The notes beneath the pieces were generated by a model that saw only the letters and a list, made by a program, of their open reading frames with translations, was not told where the DNA came from and ran no database searches. This document shows positions 45,681 to 58,367 of a stretch of 64,000 nucleotides of DNA, piece after piece. The position numbers and the translations under genes are program-made. Position 1 is the stretch's first letter. Each line of letters begins with the position of its first letter. The stretch comes from Candidatus Latescibacterota bacterium. Lineage in GTDB: Bacteria > Latescibacterota > UBA2968 > UBA8231. The stretch covers positions 192,001 to 256,000 of the forward strand of contig CBDCXV010000009.1 of NCBI GenBank assembly GCA_965223905.1, given 5' to 3'.

Positions 45681-46901
45681 ATGCTGACTCCCGAAGAGGC
45701 GCAACAGATCGTCCTGGGGCACGTCCGCCCCCTCGGGGTCGAACGCGTCCCCCTGCTCGAGGCGCTCGGGCGCCTGCTCGCCGCGGACGTCCACGCGACC
45801 TACGACAGTCCCCCCCTCGACAACTCGGCCATGGACGGGTACGCGGTCCGCTACGAGGACGTGAAGAAAGCGTCCGCCGAGGCCCCGGCCGTCCTCGAGG
45901 TGATCGAGGACATACCGGCCGGCCGCATCGGCAGCAGGACAGTGGCTCCCGGCCAGGCGAGCCGCATCATGACCGGAGCCCCCATTCCCGCCGGCGCCGA
46001 CACCGTCATCCGGGTGGAGGACACGCGCGCCGCCGGCGACCGCGTCGAGATCTTGGAAGGGGACGAGCCGGCGGCCAATATCCGGCGCCGCGGCGAGGAC
46101 ATGAAGCTGGGGGAGAAGCTGATCGCGGCAGGGACCGAGCTGGGGCCGGGGGAGCTCGGGGTGCTCGCCACCGTGCAGCGGACCTTCGTGCCCGTTCACC
46201 GGCGCCCGAGGCTCGCCATCCTCTCGACAGGGGACGAGCTCGTCGAGATCGACGAGCCCCTCGAGCCGGGCAAGATCGTCAACAGCAACACCGCCACCCT
46301 GGCGGCCATGGCCCGCGCCCACGGGGCCGAACCGGTGATGCTGCCGGTCGCGCCCGACGACGAGGACCGCATCCGGGAAGCGGTCGAGACCGCCCTCGGC
46401 AGCGATTTCATTCTCTCCTCCGGGGGGGTGTCGGTCGGGGAGTACGACTTCGTCAAGAAGGTGCTCACGGATATGGGGGCCGAGGAGATCCTGTGGCGGG
46501 TGGCGATGAAGCCGGGCAAGCCGCTGTACTTCTGCCTGCTCAAAGGCAAACCGTATTTCGGCCTTCCCGGAAACCCGGTTTCAGGATGCATGTCCTTCCT
46601 GCAGTTCGTGCGCCCGGCCGTGCGCAAGGCTTCCGGGTACCCCCCGGAACAGCAGCTGCTGCCGACGGCGACGGCGCGCATGGAGAACGGCGAGGAGAAC
46701 GACGGCGACCGCCGCCAGTACCTGCGCGCGCAGCTGCGCTGGGAGAACGGCCGGCTCGGGGCGCGCACCGGCCACCGCGGCCAGGGCTCGCACATCCTCA
46801 CCAGCATGCTAGGGGCCAACGGCGTCGTCGTCCTCGAGCCGGGCCAGAGGGTCGGCGCCGGCGACGAAGTGACGGTCCAGGTCATCGGCAAGCTGTTGTA
46901 G
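45681..46901 (+). CDS. moeA: Molybdopterin molybdotransferase MoeA
   Basis: [10 protein letters not shown]; [13 protein letters not shown]; STGDEL; [11 protein letters not shown]; MKPGKP; GLPGNPVS. Confidence 0.95.
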   Translation: MLTPEEAQQIVLGHVRPLGVERVPLLEALGRLLAADVHATYDSPPLDNSAMDGYAVRYEDVKKASAEAPAVLEVIEDIPAGRIGSRTVAPGQASRIMTGAPIPAGADTVIRVEDTRAAGDRVEILEGDEPAANIRRRGEDMKLGEKLIAAGTELGPGELGVLATVQRTFVPVHRRPRLAILSTGDELVEIDEPLEPGKIVNSNTATLAAMARAHGAEPVMLPVAPDDEDRIREAVETALGSDFILSSGGVSVGEYDFVKKVLTDMGAEEILWRVAMKPGKPLYFCLLKGKPYFGLPGNPVSGCMSFLQFVRPAVRKASGYPPEQQLLPTATARMENGEENDGDRRQYLRAQLRWENGRLGARTGHRGQGSHILTSMLGANGVVVLEPGQRVGAGDEVTVQVIGKLL

Positions 46902-47001
46902 CGGCTCCGCCCGCCGCTGTCCCCAAGGGACACCGCCACTTTTTGCCAACCTGCCCTGTCTGCGGATATTATGCCCGCACCCAGCAGACAGGAGAGTCTC
47001 G

Positions 47002-48969
<1,968 letters not shown>

Positions 48970-48995
48970 CGCATCCCCGATGGCGTTTTTTCCCG

Positions 48996-49026
48996 AGAGG
49001 CCCCCTGGCAGGGGGCCTTTCTGTTT
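48996..49026 (+). terminator. Probable terminator after acs
   Basis: AGAGGCCCCCT-GGC-AGGGGGCCTTT hairpin followed by CTGTTT. Confidence 0.65.
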
Positions 49027-49118
49027 GCGACCCGGATGATCTCCTTCGGCAGCGATATCACTGCGGACTTGGACGCCGAGCTGCTTCGCGCCGCAGCCGA
49101 AGACCTGGAGATGACCTG

Positions 49119-50147
49119 ATGCTGCCGCTGTCCCAGGGACCGCTGGCGATCGCCGCGCTCCGGGAGGAAGAGACGCACCAGGCCTGCACCTGGGACCGCG
49201 GGGTGCGCAAGAAGCTGCCGGTCGACCGCGGCAGCACGGTCACCCTGGCCGAGGTGGCCGGCTGCGGGTACATCGCCCAGCTCTGGCTGACCTTCCCCGG
49301 CTGGTTCTGGCGCAACTGGGAGCCGCAGGCCCCGATCAGCGCGACCATCCTGAAAACCCTGCTGCTGCGCATTTACTGGGACGGGAGCGACCGTCCCGCG
49401 GTCGAGGTTCCGGTCGGCGACTTCTTCGGCTCCGGCCTGTGCGAGGTCGCCAACTTCACCTCCCGCTACATCGGCATGTCGAGCGGGGGATTCTACAGCC
49501 GCTTTCCCATGCCGTTCCGCAGCGGCTTCCGCATCGAGGTGGAGAACCGGGACGAGCATGTCGATACGCAGGTGTACGCCAACATCCTCTATCAGCTTAC
49601 CGACCGGCTGCCCGGGGACCTCGCCTGGTTTCACGGCCACTTCCGAACCGGGGAGAACGAGGGGGCCGCCCCGCTGGTAGTTGCAGACGTCAGCGGGCGC
49701 GGCCATTTCGCCGGCTGCAGCCTGTCGATGCAGGCCCGGGACCGCAACTATCTCGGCTTTCTCGAGGCTCCCGAGCAGGTCTTCATCGACGACGACTGGG
49801 CGCGGCCGCGCATCGCCGGCACCGGGCTGGAGGATTACTTCATGGGGGGATGGTACTTCCGCGAAGGGGTGTTCGCCGGGGACCTGCACGGCCTGCCCGT
49901 GAAGGACGCCCTCAACTCGATGACGGCGATGTACCGCGTCCACGAGAGCGACGCCATCCACTTCCGGCGCCGTTTCCGCATCCAGTTCACCAATCCGTTT
50001 CCCGGCGAGGCCAAGCCGTTCCGCCATTCGTCGGCCGCCTTCCTGTACCTGGCGGACCCCCGCGGCCAGGGCCCGCCGGTGCCGGATGCCGAGCGGCTGC
50101 TGTGCTGGTACCGGGTGCGCGACCGCGACCACCAGAGCATCCCCTGA
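49119..50147 (+). CDS. DUF2961 / GH172-like glycoside hydrolase
   Basis: LLRIYWDGSDRPAVEVPVGDFFG; FPMPF; FLEAPE; GTGLEDYFMGGWYF. Confidence 0.85.
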   Translation: MLPLSQGPLAIAALREEETHQACTWDRGVRKKLPVDRGSTVTLAEVAGCGYIAQLWLTFPGWFWRNWEPQAPISATILKTLLLRIYWDGSDRPAVEVPVGDFFGSGLCEVANFTSRYIGMSSGGFYSRFPMPFRSGFRIEVENRDEHVDTQVYANILYQLTDRLPGDLAWFHGHFRTGENEGAAPLVVADVSGRGHFAGCSLSMQARDRNYLGFLEAPEQVFIDDDWARPRIAGTGLEDYFMGGWYFREGVFAGDLHGLPVKDALNSMTAMYRVHESDAIHFRRRFRIQFTNPFPGEAKPFRHSSAAFLYLADPRGQGPPVPDAERLLCWYRVRDRDHQSIP

Positions 50148-50240
50148 TGCGGGATGGGGGCCAGACGGACTGCGCGGTTGCCTTGTCGCGGGGGGCGTTC
50201 TTCAGGAGTTCGGCGGCCGGGCGGAAGGGCGCAAGCTGCT

Positions 50241-50603
50241 CTACACCTCGACGAAGACGCGGCCGTCCCGGACGAACGCCGGGTAGGAGCGCACGCGCGC
50301 TCTGCCGGGATCGGTGAGGGAGCGGCCGCTGGCGAGCTCGAATTCCCAGCCGTGCCAGGGGCAGCGGACGATCTCTCCCTGGCGGCCGTAGCGGATCTCC
50401 TCGCCGGGCTTGCAGGGCAACGCCGTGCCGGTCAGCACCCCGTCCGACAGGCGGGCGCCGCGGTGGGAGCAGATGTCGCGCAGGGCGAAGACGCGCTCGC
50501 CGTCGCGCACGACCACGAGGGCGCGGCCGCCGACCTCGACCCGCTTCAGCGCCCCTGGCTGGAAGTCGCCGGCGGCGCCGACGTCAACCGCGGTGGAGGT
50601 CAT
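50241..50603 (-). CDS. Rieske [2Fe-2S] ferredoxin
   Basis: CSHRG...CPWHGWEF. Confidence 0.93.
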   Translation of the reverse strand: MTSTAVDVGAAGDFQPGALKRVEVGGRALVVVRDGERVFALRDICSHRGARLSDGVLTGTALPCKPGEEIRYGRQGEIVRCPWHGWEFELASGRSLTDPGRARVRSYPAFVRDGRVFVEV

Positions 50604-51690
50604 AGAACCGCGAGGCGTTGGCGGCCATGATCCGCTTCCTCAGGGGGCCGGGGACGACCGCGGGAATGGCGCGGTCGGGGGGGTCGAAATCCCAGTGGGG
50701 GTAATCGGTGGCGAACATCAGGAAGTCGTCGCTGCCGATCATGTCCATCAGCTGCAGGAGGTGCTTCGGGTTCGCCGGCTCCTCCATCGGCTGCGTCGTC
50801 GCCCCGAAGTGCTCGACGATGTACTCGCTGGGCAGCTTCGTCAGCCAGGGGACCTCGTCGCGCAGGCCGCGGTAGTTCTTGTCGAGCCGCCACATCAGCC
50901 CCGGCAGCCAGGCGAATCCGCCCTCGACCAGGGCTATCCGCAGCGACGGGAACCTTTCGAAGGTCCCCTCGCAGACCAGGCTCAGCACCTGGGCCTCGAA
51001 CGCCTGCGACATGGCGGTGTGGTCCTCGATGTAGTAGGAAGGCCAGCCGCAGGCGGTTATCGGATTTTCGCCGCCGCGGCCGCCGAAGTGGATACCCACC
51101 GGCAGGCCGGCGTCGCAGGCGGCCTCGAAGATCGGCAGGAACTCGCGCCGGCCGTAGGGGGCGTGGGAGCGCACCAGCAGCAGCACCTGCACGAAGCGCG
51201 GGTCCTCGGCGGCGCGGCGGATCTCCGCGGCCGCGGCCGGAGGGTCGCTGGTGTTGGCGACGATGGAGCCGCGCCAGCGCTCGTCCGCCTCGAGCCAGAC
51301 CGCCGCGGTCCACTCGTTCACCGCCCGCGCCAGGGCGTTGGCGAAGTCGAGGTTGTGCACCGCGGCCATTCCGTAGAGCGGGTTGAGGATGGCGGCCTCG
51401 ATCCCCCAGCAGTCGAGCAGCTGCTCGCGGGCGAAGGCCGGGTCGCTGCCGGGGGTGCCGCCGTCCGGCGGCCAGGCGTCCCGGCGCGAGGCGTGCTCGA
51501 ACCCCTTCGGATAGGTGGGGCCCGGGGGAGCCTTGAATCCCGACTGCTCGATGTAGGCTTTCCAGCGCGCCGACAGGTACGGGAAAAGTTCGGCGATCGA
51601 TCCGGGGTAGTTGTGAACGTCGCAGTCGACCAGCGACAGCGAGGCTCCGTTGCCGCCTATCGCGGCTGCGGCGGGGGCGGTTTCAGTCAT
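50584..51690 (-). CDS. Amidohydrolase_2-fold metalloprotein (candidate dinuclear oxygenase)
   Basis: VDCDVH; GIHFGG; LVEGGFAW; TTQPMEEP; FATDYPHWDFD. Confidence 0.9.
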   Translation of the reverse strand: MTETAPAAAAIGGNGASLSLVDCDVHNYPGSIAELFPYLSARWKAYIEQSGFKAPPGPTYPKGFEHASRRDAWPPDGGTPGSDPAFAREQLLDCWGIEAAILNPLYGMAAVHNLDFANALARAVNEWTAAVWLEADERWRGSIVANTSDPPAAAAEIRRAAEDPRFVQVLLLVRSHAPYGRREFLPIFEAACDAGLPVGIHFGGRGGENPITACGWPSYYIEDHTAMSQAFEAQVLSLVCEGTFERFPSLRIALVEGGFAWLPGLMWRLDKNYRGLRDEVPWLTKLPSEYIVEHFGATTQPMEEPANPKHLLQLMDMIGSDDFLMFATDYPHWDFDPPDRAIPAVVPGPLRKRIMAANASRFYDLHRG

Positions 51691-52177
51691 TTCCGGTACC
51701 GTTTCCGTGAAGGCGCTCGTAGTTGCCGCCGTAAAAAATCAGGGGTTCGCCGCGGCGCGATGCCGCGGCCAGCAGCTCGCCGACGAACATGTCGTGATCG
51801 CCGCCGGACAGCACCTCGACGACCCTGCAATCGGCGAAGGCGAGGGCGTCGTCGAGGATCGGGGAGCCGGTCTCTTTCACCGTGCAGCTGAGGTCGGAAA
51901 AATTCTTGGGGCCCTTCTTCGCGAACCGCCGCGACAGGGACTCGTGCTCCTGCTTGAGCACGTTGACGGCGAAGCACCCGCTCTCGAGCAGGGCGCCGTG
52001 CATGTGGGCGGTCCTGTCCACCGAGACGACGAGGAGGGGCGGGTCGAGGGAGAGCGACATCACGGCGTTGGCGGTCATGCCGCACATCTCGTCCCCGCTC
52101 CGGGTGGTCACCACGGTCACCCCGGTGGCGAAACGGCCCATCACCTGCCGCTGCAGCTCTGAGTCGACAGCCATCAT
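51683..52177 (-). CDS. Flavin reductase (HpaC/NtaB-like)
   Basis: RQVMGRFATGVTVVT; GMTANAVMSLSLDPPL; GGDHDMFVGE; PLIFYGG. Confidence 0.93.
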   Translation of the reverse strand: MMAVDSELQRQVMGRFATGVTVVTTRSGDEMCGMTANAVMSLSLDPPLLVVSVDRTAHMHGALLESGCFAVNVLKQEHESLSRRFAKKGPKNFSDLSCTVKETGSPILDDALAFADCRVVEVLSGGDHDMFVGELLAAASRRGEPLIFYGGNYERLHGNGTGND

Positions 52178-52258
52178 CTGCTCCCGTTACGGAGTCGTCT
52201 GTGCGAACAGGGGCCGAAACATCGATGGTTCGCCGCGTCCGTCAAGCATCCAACCGGC

Positions 52259-53200
52259 TCAGTTCCCCGAGCGCATCTGCCGGCTCTGCTTCGAAACCGT
52301 CTCGAGCTGCTCCTCGTTCCACTCCTCCTGCTGCTGCATCGCGTAGAGCGAGGTGTAGCCACCCGACCAGTCGGGCGGAACCAGGCAGGGGCGTCCGTCG
52401 TGGTGCGCCCACAACGCCGGCCTGCCGCGCACGATCTGTCCTTCGTAGCGGCTCGGCAGCGGGTTGGCGGTATAGGTGAAGGCATCGGCGGAGGAGTAGA
52501 CGTTGAGCAGCAGCGGCCGGCCCTGGTCGGACAGGTTCGGCCTAGAGCCGTGGATGACGCGGCAGTTGTGGATGGTGACCGACCCGGCCTGCCCGGTGAG
52601 GTACTCGACCCCCTCCGTGTCGATGCCGGCGGCGTCCTCCTCGCTCAGGCAGCCGACCCAGTTGCCGTTGGAGTACTGGTTGTAGAGCCGGCCGTTGTGG
52701 CTGCCCCCAATCGCCCCGAGCGGCCCCTGGTCGTCGCCGACGTCGTGCAGGTAGGTGCCGATCGTCAGGGGGCTGTAGTTGGTGTGCGGCCAGTAGGTGA
52801 TGTCCTGGTGCCACTTCACCTCCTCGCCGCCGCGCGCCCATTTGAAGTTGAGCTTCGAGTGGTGAAACTTGACGTCGGGGCCGACGAGGTCGGCGGCGAT
52901 GTCGGCGATGATCGACTGCGAGGCGAACTCCCAGTAGGCCGGGTGGTGCTCGACCGGGCTGGTCAGGCGCCGCAGGCGCGGGTCCCCGGCGGTGTGCCCC
53001 GGCTCCAGGTCGAAGATGGCGTCGGACTGTTCGAGGGAGCGGCTGCGGTCGACCATCTCGCCGGTAACGGCGATGAGCCGCTCGACCCATTCGTCCGGGA
53101 CGACGCGCTCGACGAGCAGGTAGCCTTTGTCGAAGTAGAAGCGGCGCTGCTGGTCGCTGAGTACAACAGGCGGGTGCGAGAGGATCTCTTCAGGAGTCAT
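52259..53200 (-). CDS. PhyH-family Fe(II)/2OG dioxygenase
   Basis: HSKLNFK; WHQD; GGSH; AGSVTIHNCRVIHGS; GRPLL. Confidence 0.92.
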   Translation of the reverse strand: MTPEEILSHPPVVLSDQQRRFYFDKGYLLVERVVPDEWVERLIAVTGEMVDRSRSLEQSDAIFDLEPGHTAGDPRLRRLTSPVEHHPAYWEFASQSIIADIAADLVGPDVKFHHSKLNFKWARGGEEVKWHQDITYWPHTNYSPLTIGTYLHDVGDDQGPLGAIGGSHNGRLYNQYSNGNWVGCLSEEDAAGIDTEGVEYLTGQAGSVTIHNCRVIHGSRPNLSDQGRPLLLNVYSSADAFTYTANPLPSRYEGQIVRGRPALWAHHDGRPCLVPPDWSGGYTSLYAMQQQEEWNEEQLETVSKQSRQMRSGN

Positions 53201-53330
53201 GGTCGTTCTCCGGTTGTGGGGTGCCCGGCAGGGTGACCGAGGTGCGGCTACCAGGGCGGCCGGGGGATCTTCAACTGGCTTTCATGGGGCCGGATCCGCA
53301 AGGCATCAAAGGGACCTCGTCCGGTCCGGC

Positions 53331-54254
53331 TCAGGGGACGTACTCGTGCAGATCGTGGATCCACTTGTGCCCCCCGCCCGGAAGCGCGTAGGCCCCTCCC
53401 ATGGCGAACAGCCTGTCGCCGGCGGTGCAGGCGTCGAGCCAGGCCTTGCCGGCCGGCATCGGCTCGGCGACGGTCCAGGAATCGCGGGCGAAGTCGTAGA
53501 TCTCGTTGGACGACGTGTACCTGGGATCGCGGCCCCCGAAGGTGTACATGCTGCCGTCGAGGAGGGCGACCCCCTGGGACTCGCGCCCGGTCGGCTGCGG
53601 GGCGAGCGGCTCCCACTTCCCCACCGCGGGGTCGAGAACGTACAGCTCGTCGCGAAACTGATTGTCCGGGTCCTTGTCGGTGCAGCCCCCGAAGACAAAG
53701 ATCCTGCCCTCATGAGCCGCCACCCCCGGACCCTGCAGCGGCCGCGGCAGGGAGGGGCCGTCCGACCATTCGGCCGCCTGCGGGTCGTAGACCTCGACGC
53801 GGTCGACGATGCGCTGGTCCCGGGGGTCCATGGTGTTGCCCCCGATCACCCAGATCTTCCCTTCGCAGGCGACGACAGCGACGCCGGCGCGGTGCCCCCT
53901 CGGCATCGGCTCGAGGATCTGCCACTGCTGGGTGCGGACGTCGAGAACTTCGAGGCAGTCGCGCGAGATGAAGTGGTAGTCGAGGCCGGTGCGGATGCGC
54001 ATTTCCGACGTCTGTATCGTCTTGCCCCCGGCGACGTAGATCCTGCCGTCGAGCAGGTCGGCGCCGAGCCAGCCGCGGGCGGTGGGAATCGGCGGCCCCT
54101 GTATCCAGACGTCGTTTCCGACGTCGTACACCTCGACCACGTGCAGGGTGAGGTCGTCGGCGCCGGAGATCGCGTAGATCGATCCGTTTACGGCGACGGA
54201 CTGCAGGTCGTGCCGCGGCGTCGGCATCGACCGTCGTTCAAGCCACTGTCCCAT
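53331..54254 (-). CDS. Kelch-repeat beta-propeller protein
   Basis: About six repeats: IYAISG, IYVAGG, IWVIGG, IFVFGG, MYTFGG, LFAMGG, with VYD...W...P.R spacing. Confidence 0.9.
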   Translation of the reverse strand: MGQWLERRSMPTPRHDLQSVAVNGSIYAISGADDLTLHVVEVYDVGNDVWIQGPPIPTARGWLGADLLDGRIYVAGGKTIQTSEMRIRTGLDYHFISRDCLEVLDVRTQQWQILEPMPRGHRAGVAVVACEGKIWVIGGNTMDPRDQRIVDRVEVYDPQAAEWSDGPSLPRPLQGPGVAAHEGRIFVFGGCTDKDPDNQFRDELYVLDPAVGKWEPLAPQPTGRESQGVALLDGSMYTFGGRDPRYTSSNEIYDFARDSWTVAEPMPAGKAWLDACTAGDRLFAMGGAYALPGGGHKWIHDLHEYVP

Positions 54255-54551
54255 TGGTTCGTCCTCGGTAGGTGATTGTTTGCCGGCCCTGTTGCCATGA
54301 CCGCCAGGCGGCGATGCTGCGAGCCTGGGTTGCGGGAAGCTTCTGCAGACACGGCCTGCCGATAGTCTGAGACGGTAGGCGGTCGGCAGCAATAAACTGT
54401 TCCGCCGACAGGGCCTCTGGCAAGTTGGATTTTCCGGGGACGGACGGCTTTGAGCGGGGTCCTCAAACGAACTGTTGCCTGCCATGCCGGGAACAACCAA
54501 GCTCCGGCGAAGCAGGCGAAAGCCTTCGGGTGCCCGTCCCGTCAACTACCC

Positions 54552-56478
54552 TTACATGTGCGACAGCACCCTGCCGTTCTCCACCGTCAGCGCGTAGATG
54601 ACCCCCCACCCTCCTCCGGTCAGCACCTCTCCGAGAATCAGCCCGAGGAAGAACGGCTTGAGCGTCCGGAACAGCTTGCCGCCGCCGACGTGGAGGATGA
54701 TCGCCTTGAGGATCCAGGCGATCAGCGCCGAAAACCAGATGGAGCTGGTCAGCCAGCCGAAGGCGATGGTGAAGCCGATCGGGTGCAGGGGCCACCAGTG
54801 CCAGCGGTGCTGTCCCCACATCAGCAGGAACTCGAAGGCCCCGCCGATCCCCCTGAACAGCCAGCCGCGCATGTTGGCCTCCGGCATGGCGGTCGAGGTC
54901 GGGCCGATGTAGGGCCAGCCGTGGCCCCCGGCCCATTTCAGGGGGTTGAGGTTGATGGCGCCGTAGCTGTAAGAGAGCTCGAGGGTCGTGTAGAGGGACG
55001 CCAACAGGCTGGCGACCAGGGCGATGATCAGGCCCCAGAAGAGGCGGGTTTTCGAGCCCTTCACCGACTCGGCGAGCTTGAGGCCGTTGGAGGCGGCGAC
55101 CATCGGCGAGGTGCGCGATTCCCCCTGCCAGATGAAGGTGTAGGTGAGCGCCACCAGGCCCTTGGTTCCGAGCATCGAGGTGCCGAAACCGGAGATGATG
55201 AAGTAGGCCGGCACGATCGGGCTGCGCGCCGTGGGAACCCCCGCGGTGGCGACGACGCGCGCCACCAGGGCGAAGAAGATCACGCTGACGATGAGAAGCA
55301 CCGGGACATACACCGCCGGCACCCCGGAGCGCCACAGCCAGATGCCTACCGCGGTGAAGCTGACGAGAAAGCCGATGACCGCGGTGCGGTAGCGCAGCAG
55401 CTCCTCGCTGTCGTCGATCCCCTTGCGCGGGCTCCAGGCGGAGCGCATCACGTCCCTGAGGTGGACGCGGGCGCTCCCACAAGCCGAAGAGGATGAAGAC
55501 GATCACCGCCCCGGTCTGCTGGTGCACCAGGTCGGCGGCGGGAGGGTACGACTCGTAGGCGCTCAGGCGCTCGGTGCTGGCGATGCCGAGGACGTTGAAA
55601 ATCCCCTCCTGGATCTTGTAGAAGACGAAGAAGAACCAGACGCTGAAGGTGAGGTCGAGACTGGCGAGGTAGAAGAAGCCGACATAGGCGAAGACGACCC
55701 TCATCGGCAGGTGCACGGTGCCCCGGAACATCGGGAAGCCGATGCTCAGGTTCGGGTCGGGCAGGAAGGGGAAGTAGAAGTTGAGCCCCTTCATGCTCAG
55801 GTACAGGAAGGGAAGGGAGAACCCCACCCACATGATCGGGTTGCGGAACAGGGGAGCCACCTTCGACACGCCCCCCTCTTCGCCGGCGAGCATCCCCTGC
55901 GGCAGCTGCATCATCGGGTAGGCGAGGCGCTCGTGGGTCGACCACTGGCGGTGCAGGATGCCGCTGAGGCAGATCAGCATGAACCCCATCGCCACCACCA
56001 GCCCGAGCCACCAGGCCATCGGCTCGACCCACGCCTCCCACGGGATCGGAGTGCCCCTGGGCAGGCCCTCGTAGTACCCCTTGATGGCCTCGAGGTCCTG
56101 GGGCACGATCCACTGCGGGATGTAGTCGTAGAACAGCTCTTCGAAGCGGTTTTCGGGGGTGGCGTAGTAGAACGGGTAGACGATGGTCCCGATCAGGAAG
56201 AACATCAGCCCCCAGGTCGGCACCGTGACCGCCATCAACAGCATGCAGTAGATGAGAATGAGGTCGGGTTTGGACAGCGCCAGCCGGCGACCGAGAAAGG
56301 CGACGACGATGTTGGCGAAGACGGCACAGGCGAAGAAGAGCAGGGCCCCGGGCGAGGAGGGGTTGAAGCCGATCCAGTGGTACTGGAAGACGGTGACGTA
56401 CGGGGCGACGACCCCGATCGCCAGGCACAAGAGAGTGCCGATACCGAGTCCCTTCAGACTGAAGGCGGATTTGCTCAC
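54552..56478 (-). pseudogene. DUF6785/DUF6784-like polytopic membrane protein (putative transporter), frameshifted near 55477
   Basis: QWSTHERLAYPMMQLP; FFYLASLDLTFSVWFF; after the shift RWHWWPLHPIG...KPFFLGLILGE; one extra G in TGGG explains the shift, so the gene may be intact in vivo. Confidence 0.75.
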
Positions 56479-56650
56479 GTCGTCGATTTTCGCCGGTGAA
56501 TGCGGATGGGATGGCGGGGGGTTCGGGCATCCGATAGTGGACCGTTCCGCTCAATCGTGCAATTTCGCTGCCTTGCTTGCTTGCGCGCGCAGGCACCGGG
56601 CCGAAGCGGCCTGATGCACCGGCGGCGGCACACTCCCTGGAGCTTCCGAA

Positions 56651-58291
56651 ATGCCCGGAATTCTGTTCAACAGCGACGGCGGCAGCGGCGCCCTGTTCGC
56701 CTTCGAGCCGCCGATCACCCACGGCCAGCTCTGCCGCGTCGTCGACTCGCTGCAAGGCACCCAGGTCGGCGTCTTCATCCAGTGCGTTTCCTACGGCTCC
56801 TTCGTCGTTCACGGCACCCGGGTCGGCGAGGTCTACGGCCTGGACATGGGCGACGACGAGTTCGAGAACGAGAACTTCCGGCGCTGGGCCGCAAACATGA
56901 AGGGGTTGCTGGACTCCGGGGAAGATCCGCTGGCGATCTGGGCAGGCCGCACCCACGAGCTGGGCATGCGCTTCTTCGCCGGCCTGCGCATGAACGACAT
57001 CCACAAGGACTGGGTCGAGCGCTGGCCGTCGCTGCGCAGCCGCTGGGAGCGGGAGCGTCCCCACGTCGCCATCGGCCGCGACGTCCCGCCCGGGTACAGG
57101 AGCCGGAACGCGCGCCCGGGGCAGCCTTCGGACGGCTTCACCTGTGTTTTCGACTTCGCCGTCGACGAGGTGCGCGAGCACAAGCTGGCGCTGGTCGGGG
57201 AGTTGTGCGCCGGCTACGACATCGACGGCCTGGAGATGGATTTCCTCAGCCACCCGATCTACTTCAAGGCGGGGCGCGAGCGGGAGGGAGCCCCCCTGCT
57301 GACCAACTTCATGCGCCGGGCGCGGGCCCTGGCGGACAAGGCGGCCGCGGACAAGGGGGCTGAACGCCCGACGGGCGGTCCGGGAGAATCGGGCGAATCC
57401 CGGGACAGCCTGACTTCGCCAGGCAACCGCAAGCTGACCCTGGTGGCGCGGGTGCCCGCGAGCGTCGAGGCCTGCGAGGCGATCGGCATCGACGTGGTCA
57501 CCTGGATCGAGGAGGGGCTCGTGGACGCCGTCGTGCCGGCGATCCGGGGCTACCTCGACATGAGCCGCGACATCCGCGGCCTCGTGGAGATCGCGGCCGC
57601 CGGTCCCTGCGAGATCTACGGAGGGCTGTCGGATCTGTATGTGCGCCACTACCGGGGGCCCAACGCCCCGCGGGCATCCGTCGAGATGCTGCGGGCGGCG
57701 GCGCAGCTGCACTGGCGCGCCGAGGCATCGGGGAATCCACCTGTTCAACTACGACTGCCACGCCACCGGTTTTCAGCACCACAACACCGAGGAGGAGGTC
57801 GGCCTCGAGGAGGTGCCGCTGTTCAGTCCGCCGGAGTTCCAGGCGCTGACCGAGATCGGCGACAGCGGCCTGGTCGAGTTCCGCGATAAGCAGTACCTCG
57901 TCACCCACGACATGGAGCACCGCACCCCGGACGAAGGGAGGGGAGGGCGCCGCTTCCGGTGGCGCTGGAAGCGGCAGGCGATGCGGTCGAGATCGGGCTG
58001 AGGATCGCCGACGACGTCAGCGGCGCACGGCAGCGAGGAAGGGAGGTGGAGGTGACGCTGCGCATCGGGCTGGCCGGGTTCCGCGCCGGGGGGGACCGGC
58101 TGCGGGTGGAGTTGAACGGCGTCCCCCTGGAGACGCGGGCCGTCGATTCGCAGGTCGTCTGCGAAGATCCGCCGGTGAGGGAGGGGGCCAACCGGCTGCG
58201 CATCCTGCTTGAGGAACGGTACCCCGGGGCGGATGGGGCGCTGCGTGTCGAAGGGGTGGAGGTGCTGGTCTCCTATCGCGGGGCCGACTGA
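56651..58291 (+). pseudogene. GHL10/DUF187-like TIM-barrel glycoside hydrolase, frameshifted near 57731 and 57940
   Basis: ILFNSDG; GLRMNDIH; FDFAVDEVR; YDIDGLEMDF; GIDVVTWIEEGLVD; continues in other frames as GIHLFNY and PLPVALE...VEVLVSY. Confidence 0.7.
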
Positions 58292-58367
58292 AGGAGGAAG
58301 TGCATATCTGTCGGGGTTATTGTCGCTTGAAGGAAAAGCCCGGGGGTCTTCCCGCCTGCGGCCGGCC

